Assembly (NCBI GenBank): GCA_016935975.1
Contig: JAFGPX010000115.1
Span: 583 to 64,582, forward strand
DNA: 64,000 nucleotides
DNA from: Deltaproteobacteria bacterium
GTDB lineage: Bacteria; Myxococcota_A; Polyangia; Fen-1088
Direction of reading: 5' to 3'
The notes under the pieces: model-generated
Seen by the model: only the letters and a program-made list of their open reading frames with translations
The model's database searches: none
Told to the model about the DNA's origin: nothing
Position numbers and translations under genes: made by a program
In this document: positions 32,738 through 42,323 of the stretch, in pieces
Position numbering within the stretch: the first letter of the stretch is position 1
How the letters are laid out: each line of letters starts with the position of its first letter

Positions 32738-34324
32738 CTACCGCCTGGGCAGGTAGAGACGGTCGGGCGAAGTCTGCGCGCCGGCGAACATGCGCACCGA
32801 GTTCGTGCCTTCCCGGAACTCGCCCGCGACGCGGTAGGTGCGGTCCAGGTTCGGCCACTCGCCGGGGTAGGACTTCCAGTCGAGCACGATGGCGGCGAAG
32901 CGCTGCTCGGCGATGGCCTGGTCGAGTCCCTTGGGCCGGCCGAGCGCGGCCTCGACATCGCGTACGCCCATGCGGTGAACGAAGGGCTGCTTGCCGGCGA
33001 GCACGGCGTAGTAGGTGTGGAAGGGTATGAACAGGGGGCTCGGCAGGGCACGCAGCTCGTCGAGCAAGCGCCGGGCCGCAGCGCGATCTTGCGCGCTCGG
33101 CACCGCGCTGGCAACCGTCGGCAGAGCGCGGCCGAGCTTGGGCCAGCCGAGAAAGATTGGCCAGCGGCCGCCGGGTCCGCGCACGGGCGCAGGCGGCAAG
33201 GTGTGCAGGCTCTGCGCCCCGAGCAGCAGCGCCACGCCGACAGCCACCGCGACCGCGCCCCACTTCCTGCCGTCCACGGCCACGCGGGCGAGTCGCGCCA
33301 CGAACACGGCAGCCGCGAAGGCGGGAAAAAACACGGCGGGAATGAAGGCGTTGCTGTCGGCCCATTGCGTGGCGAAGCCGACTAGGGCCGAGGCCTCACC
33401 CGCCAGCGCCGCGCCCCACAGAACGGCGTCGCTCCGCCGCAGTCGGCGCGAGAGCGCCAGGCCGACCGTAGCCAAGATCAGCGCCAGAAAGAGCGGCCAC
33501 AAGAACTGCTGCGTGACGGGCCACGCGACGTCGGTGACAGCGTCCTTGCGGAACGCGTGGCTCTGGTGGAGCTTGAAGATGTAGGTCCAGAACCAACCGC
33601 GCGAGGTGCCGAGAAGCAGGCCGATGCCGGCGGCGAGCGTGACCGCGGCCGACGCGCCGTAGTAGAGACCACGCCGGAGATTCGCCACGAGCAGGCCAGC
33701 TCCGATCCCGACCCCGACGATAATCGCAGTCTGCTTGGCGAAGAAACCGAGCGCAATGAGCAGACCGGCGACGAGCGCGCTTGTGCGCGCCCGCCCGCGC
33801 AGGGCCAGGAGCACCGCCCAGGCCTCGAGTGCGAGCACCAGCGCATCCGCACGCACGAGATCGTAGAAGTTGCCGGCAAAGGGGAAGCCGGCCGCGACCA
33901 CGCCAACACCCGCGATGCCGGGAAGTGCTACGAACAACTTGCGGCGGCGTCCGGACGCCTCGCCCGCGGCGGCAAGAACGATGGCCAAGAGCGCGGTGGC
34001 GAAGGCCAGAATGGAAACCACGCGGCCGAGGGTGTAGCCGAGCGGGAAGACGAACGAGAGCAGGGCGAGCAGCGCCGGATAGAGCGGGGTGTAGAGAAAG
34101 GGAATGAAGTCCACCGAGGGCGGCACGTAGATCCCTTGCCCGGCCGCGACCCGCTGCGCGTGGACCAGCACGCCGCCTTCCATCCATTCGAGATCGAGTG
34201 GATAGGTCAGGCGGCCGGCGAAAAGCCGCAAGAGCCAGGCGAGTTGCACCAGTGCAGGCACGGCCGCGACAACCACTGCGGCGACAACCAACACCGAAGA
34301 GACTCTGCCTGTGCGCGTCTCCAT
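32738..34324 (-). CDS. polytopic membrane glycosyltransferase of the PMT_2 type (GT39/GT83-like)
   Basis: About 12 predicted transmembrane helices are present. The N-terminus reads METRTGRVSSVLVVAAVVVAAV. Its stop is 4 nt from the mutS2 stop codon and the two genes are co-directional. Confidence 0.65.
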   Translation of the reverse strand: METRTGRVSSVLVVAAVVVAAVPALVQLAWLLRLFAGRLTYPLDLEWMEGGVLVHAQRVAAGQGIYVPPSVDFIPFLYTPLYPALLALLSFVFPLGYTLGRVVSILAFATALLAIVLAAAGEASGRRRKLFVALPGIAGVGVVAAGFPFAGNFYDLVRADALVLALEAWAVLLALRGRARTSALVAGLLIALGFFAKQTAIIVGVGIGAGLLVANLRRGLYYGASAAVTLAAGIGLLLGTSRGWFWTYIFKLHQSHAFRKDAVTDVAWPVTQQFLWPLFLALILATVGLALSRRLRRSDAVLWGAALAGEASALVGFATQWADSNAFIPAVFFPAFAAAVFVARLARVAVDGRKWGAVAVAVGVALLLGAQSLHTLPPAPVRGPGGRWPIFLGWPKLGRALPTVASAVPSAQDRAAARRLLDELRALPSPLFIPFHTYYAVLAGKQPFVHRMGVRDVEAALGRPKGLDQAIAEQRFAAIVLDWKSYPGEWPNLDRTYRVAGEFREGTNSVRMFAGAQTSPDRLYLPRR

Positions 34325-34328
34325 CCGG

Positions 34329-36668
34329 CTAGCCCCGCAAGCTGACCACGCTGACGCCGTCGCCGCCCTCGCCCGCGCCACCGGCGCGGAAGCGCGCGAC
34401 ATACGCCGAAGTCGCCAGGTACTCGCGCACCACCTTGCGTAGCGCGCCCGTCCCGTGGCCATGAATCACGAACACCGTGTCCGCGCCCTCCAGCGCGGTG
34501 CGATCGAGGAAGGCCTCGAGCTCCGCCAGCGCGTCGTCGGCGCGCTGGCCGCGCAGATCCAGGGTATTGGCGCCCGACTGCATCGCCACGGGAGCTGGCC
34601 CTGCCTCGGGACTCGGCTCCGCCTGGCGCTTGCTCGAACGCTTGGCTCCGGCCAGCGACCGGTCGGCGAGCGCCGCGCGCAGCTTGGCCAGATCGAGCGG
34701 CGGCGGCTCGGGCAGAGCGGCCGTGACCTCTTTCGCCTTCTTGGCCAAGGCCGCGCGCGCCGCCTCGGCGGCCTGCGGGCTGCGCTCGCGCTTCGCGCCG
34801 CGCACGATCTCGGAGATCGCCTCGCGCGCTTCACGCACGGCGGCCTCGATGGCTTCGCGCGAGCGCATGGCCAGCTCGCGCTCGCGCCGGGTCAAGGCCT
34901 CGGCCGCCGCCCGCTCGGCGCCCGTTCGCTCTTCCAGCTCCTGCTTGGCCCGCTCGAGGTCGAGGCGGGCGTTGTCCAAATCGCGGCTGGCGCGCTCGAG
35001 GGCTTGCTCGCGCTCCTGGAGATTGCGCAAGGTTTCTTCCAAGCCCAGGCTGCCCTCGTCCATGAGCGAGCGAGCGCGCCCGAGCACGTTTTCGGGCAGA
35101 CCGATCCGCGCGGCAATGTCGAGAGCGTACGAGCGTCCGGGCATGCCGTCCTTCAGGCGGAAGGTCGGCCGCAGCTTGCCGAGGTCGTACTCCATGCCGG
35201 CGTTGCGGAAGCGTTCGTCGTTCTCAGCCAGGGCCTTCAAGCTGTCGAAGTGGGTGGTGACCACGATGAGGCCGGGCGTATCGGCGAGCACTTCCAGCAT
35301 GGCGCGCGCCAGGGCGGCGCCCTGCTCCGGATGCGTGCCCACCATCAGCTCGTCGCACAGGATGAGCAGGTCCTCGTCCCCGACGGTGGTCGCGCTCTCG
35401 AGAATGCCGGCCAGGTTCGCCAGGTGGGCCGAGAAGGTGGACAGATCGCCGAGCACGGACTGCTGATCGCCAATGTCGGCCAGCACGTGCCGGAAGAAGC
35501 CGATGCGGCTGCCCGGCGCCGCGGGCACGTGCAGGCCCGCGCGCGCCAGCAAGGCGGCCAGGCCCACCGACTTGAGCAGCACGGTCTTGCCGCCGGCGTT
35601 GGGGCCGCTGACCACCATGGCCTTGGCGGAGCTGCGGCCCGGCACCTCGCCGAGCACGAGATCGTTGGCCGTCACCGCCAGCTTCTCGCGGACCGCCCGC
35701 AAGGCGAGCAGCGGGTGACGCAGCTTCGCCAGATCGACGATTGGTTCTTCGGCAATCTCGACCGGCTCGCCGCCGTAGGCCTGGGCCAGTCGCGCTCCTG
35801 CCCCGATCACGTCGAGGCGGGTCAGCGTCTCGCGATCCGCACGCAAGAGCGGCGCCGCCGAGGATACCGCCGTGGCCAGCTCTTCGAGAATGCGGCGGCT
35901 CTCGTGGCGGATGTCCAGCTCGGCGACTTTCAGGCGGTTGTTCAGCTCGACCAGCGCAGTGGGCTCGACGAACACGGTTTCGCCCGTGCGCGAGGTGTCG
36001 TGCACGATGCCGAGGCCCATGGACTTGAACGAGGCGCGCAGGGGCAGCACGAAGCGATCCTCGCGCAGGGTCACGAACTGGTCTTGCAGGTACGGCGCGA
36101 ACTCCTCGGAGCGCAGGATGCGCTCGGCCGCCTCGCGCGCTCGGGAGGCGAGCTGATCGCGCTCGTAGCGCAGCCGGGCCAGCTCGGGCGAGGCGCCGTC
36201 GCGCAGCTCGCCGGTCGCGTCGAAGGTCTCGCGCGCCAGGCGCACCAGATCCTCGTGATAGCCGAGCTGCGCCGCGAGCCGCGAAAGACGCGGTGTCTGC
36301 AACATGCCCTCGGGCTGGATGCGACCGAAGAAACGCCGCGCGCCCGCCACCACCTCGCAGAAGTCGGCCACCTGGCGCAGCTCCTCGGGCCCGAGCGGCG
36401 CGCCCTGGGCCACGGCGCGCAGGTGCGTCTCGATTTCGGGGAATTCCAGCACCGGCAGCGACTCGCCCGCGCGCAGGATGGACACCGCTTCCGTGATCTC
36501 GGCCATGCGCTCGGCCGCCTCGGCGACGGTCGCGCACAGGGGCAGCGCGTGGCAAGCCGTCCTGCCTCGCGACGAGTGGGCGCGCAAAGCCAGCTCGGCG
36601 CACACCTCGGGCCAGTCGAGGAACTCGAGGTAGCGTTGTCCCAGGTCGGCCTGGCCGGAAGACTTCAT
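34329..36668 (-). CDS. mutS2: endonuclease MutS2 (MutS domains III-V plus a C-terminal Smr domain)
   Basis: Walker A is GPNAGGKT. The MutS ATPase core reads STFSAHL...DELMVGT. The C-terminal Smr region reads LDLRGQRADDALAELEAFLD...VFVIHGHGTG. Confidence 0.9.
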   Translation of the reverse strand: MKSSGQADLGQRYLEFLDWPEVCAELALRAHSSRGRTACHALPLCATVAEAAERMAEITEAVSILRAGESLPVLEFPEIETHLRAVAQGAPLGPEELRQVADFCEVVAGARRFFGRIQPEGMLQTPRLSRLAAQLGYHEDLVRLARETFDATGELRDGASPELARLRYERDQLASRAREAAERILRSEEFAPYLQDQFVTLREDRFVLPLRASFKSMGLGIVHDTSRTGETVFVEPTALVELNNRLKVAELDIRHESRRILEELATAVSSAAPLLRADRETLTRLDVIGAGARLAQAYGGEPVEIAEEPIVDLAKLRHPLLALRAVREKLAVTANDLVLGEVPGRSSAKAMVVSGPNAGGKTVLLKSVGLAALLARAGLHVPAAPGSRIGFFRHVLADIGDQQSVLGDLSTFSAHLANLAGILESATTVGDEDLLILCDELMVGTHPEQGAALARAMLEVLADTPGLIVVTTHFDSLKALAENDERFRNAGMEYDLGKLRPTFRLKDGMPGRSYALDIAARIGLPENVLGRARSLMDEGSLGLEETLRNLQEREQALERASRDLDNARLDLERAKQELEERTGAERAAAEALTRRERELAMRSREAIEAAVREAREAISEIVRGAKRERSPQAAEAARAALAKKAKEVTAALPEPPPLDLAKLRAALADRSLAGAKRSSKRQAEPSPEAGPAPVAMQSGANTLDLRGQRADDALAELEAFLDRTALEGADTVFVIHGHGTGALRKVVREYLATSAYVARFRAGGAGEGGDGVSVVSLRG

Positions 36669-37327
36669 CCGGCGAGCAGTGTACCGCAAGGGGAGAGACG
36701 CGGCGCCAGCGGCAGGGAAGGTGTTGCGGAATGCCCGCTGCGCACGTGGAACCCTAGCAGCCCGACCCGGGCGCACGCAGCTTCCCACTGCGCGCCCAGT
36801 TTCAGAGCTTCGACCCAGTGCCGGATGTAGTTCAGATCCAGCTCGCCCTGCTGGCCGCGAAGCATCCCAGCCACGTCGCGCAATCGGCGCTCGGACTCGC
36901 CGAACTTGGCCCATTCGAGTTTCGCCACGATGACATCCTCGGCGGTCGCAACGAAGAAGCGCGCGCCCAGAACCTCGACCAGGCGCCGGCGACGGAATTC
37001 CTCCTCGCCGAAAGGCCCCCGCTTGCGCATGATGAAGTCGATCTTCCACCCGCTCGCGAAATCGACGAGGTCGAACGTGCCCTCGGTGCCATAGGCCTCT
37101 CTCGCCGCGTCGCGACTGACGTAGTAGGCGTCCTCAGGAAAACACCGCAGTAGCTTCTCGAGACTGCCCAGCGACGGATCGATGACGATGTCGATGTCCT
37201 GGGTGGTACGCGGCGCGCCGAACAGCGTGCTGGCGAACGAGCCGGTGAGCATGTACGGGACGCCCGCGGCGTCCAAACCCGCGGCCAAACGCCCGAGTAG
37301 CTCAGCCGCGCCCGAGCCGGATGCCAT
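36665..37327 (-). CDS. minimal nucleotidyltransferase-fold protein (GS...DxD motif), translationally coupled to mutS2
   Basis: YMLTGSFASTLFGAPRTTQDIDIVI gives hG[GS]x9-13DxD. Its TGA overlaps the mutS2 ATG (ATGA at 36665-36668). Confidence 0.6.
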   Translation of the reverse strand: MASGSGAAELLGRLAAGLDAAGVPYMLTGSFASTLFGAPRTTQDIDIVIDPSLGSLEKLLRCFPEDAYYVSRDAAREAYGTEGTFDLVDFASGWKIDFIMRKRGPFGEEEFRRRRLVEVLGARFFVATAEDVIVAKLEWAKFGESERRLRDVAGMLRGQQGELDLNYIRHWVEALKLGAQWEAACARVGLLGFHVRSGHSATPSLPLAPRLSPCGTLLAG

Positions 37328-37520
37328 AGAGATCCTCGATGAGCGCATGCTGCAGACTCACTTCGTCGAACTCGGGATGTTGCCGGTGCAAGCGTTGTTG
37401 CACGAGGGTGCGCGCTTCTTGGCTCATCTCGAAGGCGATCTCAAGCCTTCGACTCGGCCCCAGCCGGCGCAGGACGTCGGCCTGCACGCGCTCGGCTTCG
37501 GGCGTGGTATCACGGTTCAC
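37302..37520 (-). CDS. small hypothetical protein of 72 aa with a GTG start, overlapping the 5' end of the nucleotidyltransferase gene. It may be an antitoxin-like partner.
   Basis: The ORF carries GC3 bias and overlaps the NTase ORF by about 26 nt. It has no clear ribosome-binding site. Confidence 0.35.
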   Translation of the reverse strand: MNRDTTPEAERVQADVLRRLGPSRRLEIAFEMSQEARTLVQQRLHRQHPEFDEVSLQHALIEDLYGIRLGRG

Positions 37521-37646
37521 GATACCGAGGCTACCACGTTGTGCCCCAACCTGGATGCCCGCGGCCGGGTCCGATCGGGCACGCCTCGTGCCTCTTGCTC
37601 GTGTGGGAAGAAGACGTCTGCGACAAAGACGACCGCGAGGTAGACC

Positions 37647-38063
37647 ATGGCAGTGACACCGGGAAAAACCACGACCGAGTCAGTCCAGCCCCTCGAGCGC
37701 GCCATTCGCGTGTTCATTTCGTCGACCTTCCGGGACATGCGCGAGGAGCGCGAGTAGCCGGTCAAGCGGGTCTTCCCCGAGCTGCGGCGGCTTTGCGACA
37801 GCCGGGCCTTGGTGTGGAGCGAGGTCGACCTGCGCTGGGGCGTGACCGACGAAGAAAAGGCCGAGGGCAAGGTGCTGCCCATCTGCCCGGCCGAAATCCG
37901 GAACTGCCGCCCCTACTTCGTGGGCCTCGTGGGCGAGCGGTACGGCTGGGTGCCTGAGCGCATCGATTCCGTCCTGGTTCGGGCCCAGCCGTGGCTTGGG
38001 GTCCATCTCGAGAAGTCGGTCACCGAGCTGGAGATCCTGCGCGGCGTGCTCAACGGAGATTGA
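37647..38063 (+). pseudogene. DUF4062-type N-terminal domain (as found at the N-termini of STAND/NACHT NTPases), interrupted by an in-frame TAG and lacking any downstream NTPase region
   Basis: One reading frame gives MAVTPGK...IRVFISSTFRDMREERE*PVKRVFPELRRLCDSRALVWSEVDLRWGVTDEEKAEGKVLPICPAEIRNCRPYFVGLVGERYGWVPE. The amber stop lies at 37755-37757. The frame ends at 38063 and abuts the convergent mnmA gene. Confidence 0.55.
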
Positions 38064-38195
38064 GCTTCCAATGACCGCGCCATGGAGTGCAGTGTCGGCA
38101 TGATTGCGCGAGCGGCCGCGAAGGACCTGCGCTGCAAGATCCTGCCCTGGCACCGAGCCGCGCTCTGGATGCAGCGGAGCTCCTGTCGTGGCGAC

Positions 38196-39248
38196 TCACC
38201 CGGGCAGTGCGATCCACCCCCGACCCAGCACGCGCTCGCCATCGTAGAACACGGCGGCCTGTCCGGGGGTCACGGCCGTTGCCGGCCTCTCCAGGGCCAC
38301 GGCCAGGCCGCCATCATCTTGCGCCACGATCGTGGCGGGCGCGCTCGCGTGGCGGTAGCGGATCTGCACCGAGCACGCAAGGGGCACAGCCGGCAAGTCG
38401 CCGGCGATCCAGCTTGCGTCCCCGGCCACGAACTTCGCGCGAAGGATCGCCCCGGGATCGCTCGTGACAATGACCCGGCCGGTCTCGGCCGAGATCGCCT
38501 TGACCCAGCGGCGCGTGGTCGCGCCCGCGGGCAGGCCCTTGCGCTGACCGATCGTGAAGCCGTGGATCCCGTCGTGCTCGCCCACGACCTGGCCGGCCTC
38601 GTTCACGATCTGCCCCGCTCGAGCCGGGGCGCCGAAACGCCGGCGCAGCTTGTCGGCATAGGATCTGCCGGGCGCGACGAGACACGCGTCCTGGCTTTCG
38701 GAAGCCTCGGCGGTCGGCAGGCCGTGCTGCCTGGCCAGCGCGCGCACCTCGGCCTTGTGCAGATGCCCCACGGGAAAGACGGCGCGTTCGAGCTGAGCAA
38801 GCGAGAGGCCCGCCAAGAAGTACGATTGCTCCTTGCCCGCGTCGCGCCCGCGCAAGAGCGCCGGTCGGCCGGCCGGATCCCGCTCGAGACGCGCGTAGTG
38901 CCCGGTGGCCATGCGCTCGATGCCCAACCCCCTTGCCCAGTCGAGCAGCACGCCGAACTTGATGCGCTCGTTGCACACGAGGCAGGGGCTCGGCGTGCGT
39001 CCGGCCGCGTAGTCCCGCCAGGCGGGGCGGAGTACGAGCGCCTCGAACTCCTGCGCGCAGTCGAGCACGTGGTGGGCAAACCCGAGCCTCTCCGCCACCG
39101 CACGCGCACGCGAGATGCCGTCGGCGTGGCCACCTACCTGCATTCGCAGGGTCACTCCCACCAGCGCGTGTCCCTGCTCCTTGAGCAAGACCGCGGCCAC
39201 GCTGCTGTCCACGCCGCCGCTCATGGCGACCGCGATAGGCCCGCTCAC
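38196..39248 (-). CDS. mnmA: tRNA 2-thiouridine(34) synthase
   Basis: The PP-loop reads VAMSGGVDSSVAAVLL, followed by the conserved MnmA core (CLVCNERIKFGVLLDWA). A GTG start at 39248 follows a GGAG ribosome-binding site. Confidence 0.85.
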   Translation of the reverse strand: MSGPIAVAMSGGVDSSVAAVLLKEQGHALVGVTLRMQVGGHADGISRARAVAERLGFAHHVLDCAQEFEALVLRPAWRDYAAGRTPSPCLVCNERIKFGVLLDWARGLGIERMATGHYARLERDPAGRPALLRGRDAGKEQSYFLAGLSLAQLERAVFPVGHLHKAEVRALARQHGLPTAEASESQDACLVAPGRSYADKLRRRFGAPARAGQIVNEAGQVVGEHDGIHGFTIGQRKGLPAGATTRRWVKAISAETGRVIVTSDPGAILRAKFVAGDASWIAGDLPAVPLACSVQIRYRHASAPATIVAQDDGGLAVALERPATAVTPGQAAVFYDGERVLGRGWIALPG

Positions 39249-39288
39249 GGCCGCGCTCCGCCGACGCGTTCTGCCGCCCGTGCCAGGA

Positions 39289-42081
39289 TCACTCCTGCAC
39301 CAGGATGGTCGCCAGGCGCAGCCGGTCTTGGCCATCGCCGGCGTGGACCGGGGTGATGGACGCGCGCGCCGAGCCTTTGAAGAGCCCGATGTTGACCGAG
39401 TACGGCCCGGGCGGCGTGGTCGCCGCAAAGGTGATGGTCAGGCGATCGCGGATGCGCTGGCCCGGACGCCAACGCTCCATGGGGTAGGTGCCCTCGACCG
39501 GAACGTGGTCGAGGTTGCGGAAGCCAGCGGGGCCGTCGAGATGGAAGAACAGCTTCCAGCCCGGCTCCGGGCGGCCCTGCAGCTCGAAGTGGGTGACCAG
39601 CACCGCGCTTTCGCCCCGACGCAGCGTTGCCGGCGCGAGATCGTAGCCGAGCACGCGCAGGTCCTTGCCGATGCGCGCGTCCAGCGAGTGCGTGGGCGCA
39701 GGGGCATTCGGGCCCGCCAAGCCGAACGCGATCTTGTCGGCATAGCCCGGCGGCAGCGACAGCAAGGCCACGAAATCGCGCAGGTCTTCTTTGAGCCGCG
39801 AGCAGGCGGGCTCACCCTGGACAAAGCCCCACAGGTCTCTCGTCTCGCCGGGATCGTGGAAGATGTCGTAGCACTCGGTGGTGTTGTCGGGCGTCCAGTT
39901 CCAGATGAGGTGATGCGTGGCCGTGACCAGGGCGCGCCGCTTGACGTCGCCCTCGTAGCTGACCTCCTGGAACACGGGGCCGGGCGCGGGCGCGGCCGGC
40001 TTGCCCGCCAGCAGATCGACCAGCGAGCGGCCGAGGAACGACGGCTCGTGCGCGCCGCGCGCCAGGTTGACCATGGTCGGCGCCAGATCGACGTGCCCGA
40101 CCGGCACGGTGAGGCGTTGCGCCGGCAGCCCGGGCACGCGCATGACGAACGGCACCTTGGTGTGCGGACTGTAGAGGTGGTAGCCGTGCGCCACGATGCC
40201 GTGCTCGCCCAGCGACTCGCCGTGATCGCCCACGACGATGATGGCGGTCTGGTCCCAAAGCCCCAACGCGCGCAACTCGTCGAGGACGCGGCCGAAGTGG
40301 AAGTCGGAGTACCAGATCTCGCCGTCGTAGAGATCGGCCTGGCCGCTGCCGAAGTCCGGCGCCTCGGGATGGCGCTCGAAGTTCAGGTGCGGATCGTAGA
40401 AGTGCATCCACGCGAAGAACTTCTCTTGGCCGTGCTCGCGCAGAAACGCGATACCCTTGTCGGCCATCTGGCGACTGGAGCTACCCACGGACTCGGCCGG
40501 GCCGTTGACGTTCACGTGCAAGGCGGCGCAGCTATCGTCGTAGTAGTCCACCCCTCGCTCGAAGCCGCGACGGTCGGCGCGATTGAAGTAGAGATAGGCG
40601 TAGAAGGCGGCCGTGGTGTAGCCCATGGCCTTCATGGACTCGGCAATCATGCGCTGGCCGGGCGCAACCCGCGGCCACCAGATCGACTCGTCCCATGCGA
40701 TGGCCGACGGCCAGCGACCGGTGGCAATGGCCGGCATCGAATAGCGCGTAGACGGAGCGTGCGCCCAGCCGTTGAGGAAAACCGTGCCTTCCTTGGCCAG
40801 GCGGTCGAGGTTGGGCGTGGTCGGCCTGCGATAGCCGTACGCGCCCACGTGGTCGGCGCGCAAGGTGTCGATGGTGACGAGCAGTACCTTGAGCGCGGCG
40901 GGCACCGTCTCGGGCACGGGTTGGAAGGGCGGCGAGCGCAGGGCCGCGGCGGACGCGTCCTTGCCGTCGCAATCCTGATCGACGCCGTCGTCGGGCCAGT
41001 CGCGCGCGCCCGGATTGCGCTCGGGATCGCGGTCGTCGCAATCGCCGCCGCCGAAGAAGCGCGCGTAGCCGTCGCGGTCGAAATCGGTCACGCGTTGGGC
41101 CCGGGCCACAAGCTCGCCAGTCAACGCGGCACGCGCTCCTGCCGCCTTGCGGGCCGGCTCGTGTTCCGAGGCCGCGAAAACCGCGACGAGGGCGAGGCCG
41201 GGCAGCCCGAGCGTGACGAAGCGATCCCAGGGCCGCGGCAGAGTCCGGCCGAGCAGCAACGAAGTGAGCCCGGCCGTGGTGAGGAGCAAGCCGACCGCCA
41301 CCAGGATCTGGTTCCAGGCCATGAACTGGAAGTCCTGCACCCAGCGCGCCTTGAGCAGAACTGCGGCGGGCCCAGCGAAGAGCAAGAAGGACAGACCCGC
41401 CGCTATCCACCAGCGCAGCCGCGGCGCCTGGCGGCTCGTCCAGGCGAGCAGGAACGGCAGCAGCCCCACGGTGCACGCCGCCCAGGTCGCGCGCTCGGCC
41501 AGCACCCGCTTGGGCAAGGGCGCGCGCGTGCGCCAGACAAGGAGCAGAACCACGGCTTCCAGGATGAGCACGACGAGTGGCGCCAGGACCAGGACGCCGG
41601 CCGCTGTCATCGGAGAGTGCCGACGGCGCGCGTCCGCTCTCGCCCCCAGCCCTGGCAGCAAGCCGACCAGCCGTCCCAGCGCGGGGCCGAGCGCCGCGGC
41701 CGCCACGGCCGCCGCGAGCGACACGAGGGCCACCACGCCACCGGCGAGGAAACGGTTGTTGCGGGTCGCCGTGCCGACGACCGCCGCCAAAGCCGCCCCG
41801 GCCGGCGCCCCACCGGCGAGCAGCCAGCCCACGCTTGCGGCGATTCCGCCGTGTTTGCCGGCGCGTCCCCACGCCGCCAGCCACAGCAGCAAGGCCGCGA
41901 GCCCACCGCCGGCCGCAGCCACGAGGAGATCGAACCCCAGCGTCAGGAGCACGCACGTCAGGAAAGGCACGAACGGCGCTCGCGCCTGCACGGCAGCACG
42001 AATCCCGTCGGCGATGCCGACCACGACACCACCGAGGATGGCCGCTCGCAACACGGCCGCCGGCAATCTGAAAGGGGGCAT
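39289..42081 (-). CDS. membrane-anchored sulfatase-like (alkaline phosphatase superfamily) protein with an N-terminal multi-pass membrane domain
   Basis: About 10 N-terminal transmembrane helices are predicted. The sulfatase core reads LLVTIDTLRADHVGAYGY...AHAPSTRYSMPAIATG...DPHLNFE...VVGDHGESLGEHG. Confidence 0.75.
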   Translation of the reverse strand: MPPFRLPAAVLRAAILGGVVVGIADGIRAAVQARAPFVPFLTCVLLTLGFDLLVAAAGGGLAALLLWLAAWGRAGKHGGIAASVGWLLAGGAPAGAALAAVVGTATRNNRFLAGGVVALVSLAAAVAAAALGPALGRLVGLLPGLGARADARRRHSPMTAAGVLVLAPLVVLILEAVVLLLVWRTRAPLPKRVLAERATWAACTVGLLPFLLAWTSRQAPRLRWWIAAGLSFLLFAGPAAVLLKARWVQDFQFMAWNQILVAVGLLLTTAGLTSLLLGRTLPRPWDRFVTLGLPGLALVAVFAASEHEPARKAAGARAALTGELVARAQRVTDFDRDGYARFFGGGDCDDRDPERNPGARDWPDDGVDQDCDGKDASAAALRSPPFQPVPETVPAALKVLLVTIDTLRADHVGAYGYRRPTTPNLDRLAKEGTVFLNGWAHAPSTRYSMPAIATGRWPSAIAWDESIWWPRVAPGQRMIAESMKAMGYTTAAFYAYLYFNRADRRGFERGVDYYDDSCAALHVNVNGPAESVGSSSRQMADKGIAFLREHGQEKFFAWMHFYDPHLNFERHPEAPDFGSGQADLYDGEIWYSDFHFGRVLDELRALGLWDQTAIIVVGDHGESLGEHGIVAHGYHLYSPHTKVPFVMRVPGLPAQRLTVPVGHVDLAPTMVNLARGAHEPSFLGRSLVDLLAGKPAAPAPGPVFQEVSYEGDVKRRALVTATHHLIWNWTPDNTTECYDIFHDPGETRDLWGFVQGEPACSRLKEDLRDFVALLSLPPGYADKIAFGLAGPNAPAPTHSLDARIGKDLRVLGYDLAPATLRRGESAVLVTHFELQGRPEPGWKLFFHLDGPAGFRNLDHVPVEGTYPMERWRPGQRIRDRLTITFAATTPPGPYSVNIGLFKGSARASITPVHAGDGQDRLRLATILVQE

Positions 42082-42323
42082 CTCGTCAGAGTGCTAGCAG
42101 GCGAAGGCGCCTTGCTTCAAGGAAAGAAAGGACGAGCAAGCCGGCGAGACGTCAATAGGTCAGGCCGCATACGAAGGGAAAGAGCGGATCGTAGTTGGCG
42201 TCCCCGCGGTTGATCGTCACCGAAAGGAGTCGCCTCGTCCGCGCCGCTACGCCCCGCCGCGACAATCACAGCGCGCGGACCGGCTCGCCGGCACCATCGC
42301 CGAGCCCCTCGCCATGCGCTCGG

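Noticed and set aside
39115-42213. 1032-aa plus-strand ORF
   Set aside because: It is antisense to the sulfatase-like membrane protein gene and has Arg/Gly/Ala/Pro composition with no motifs.
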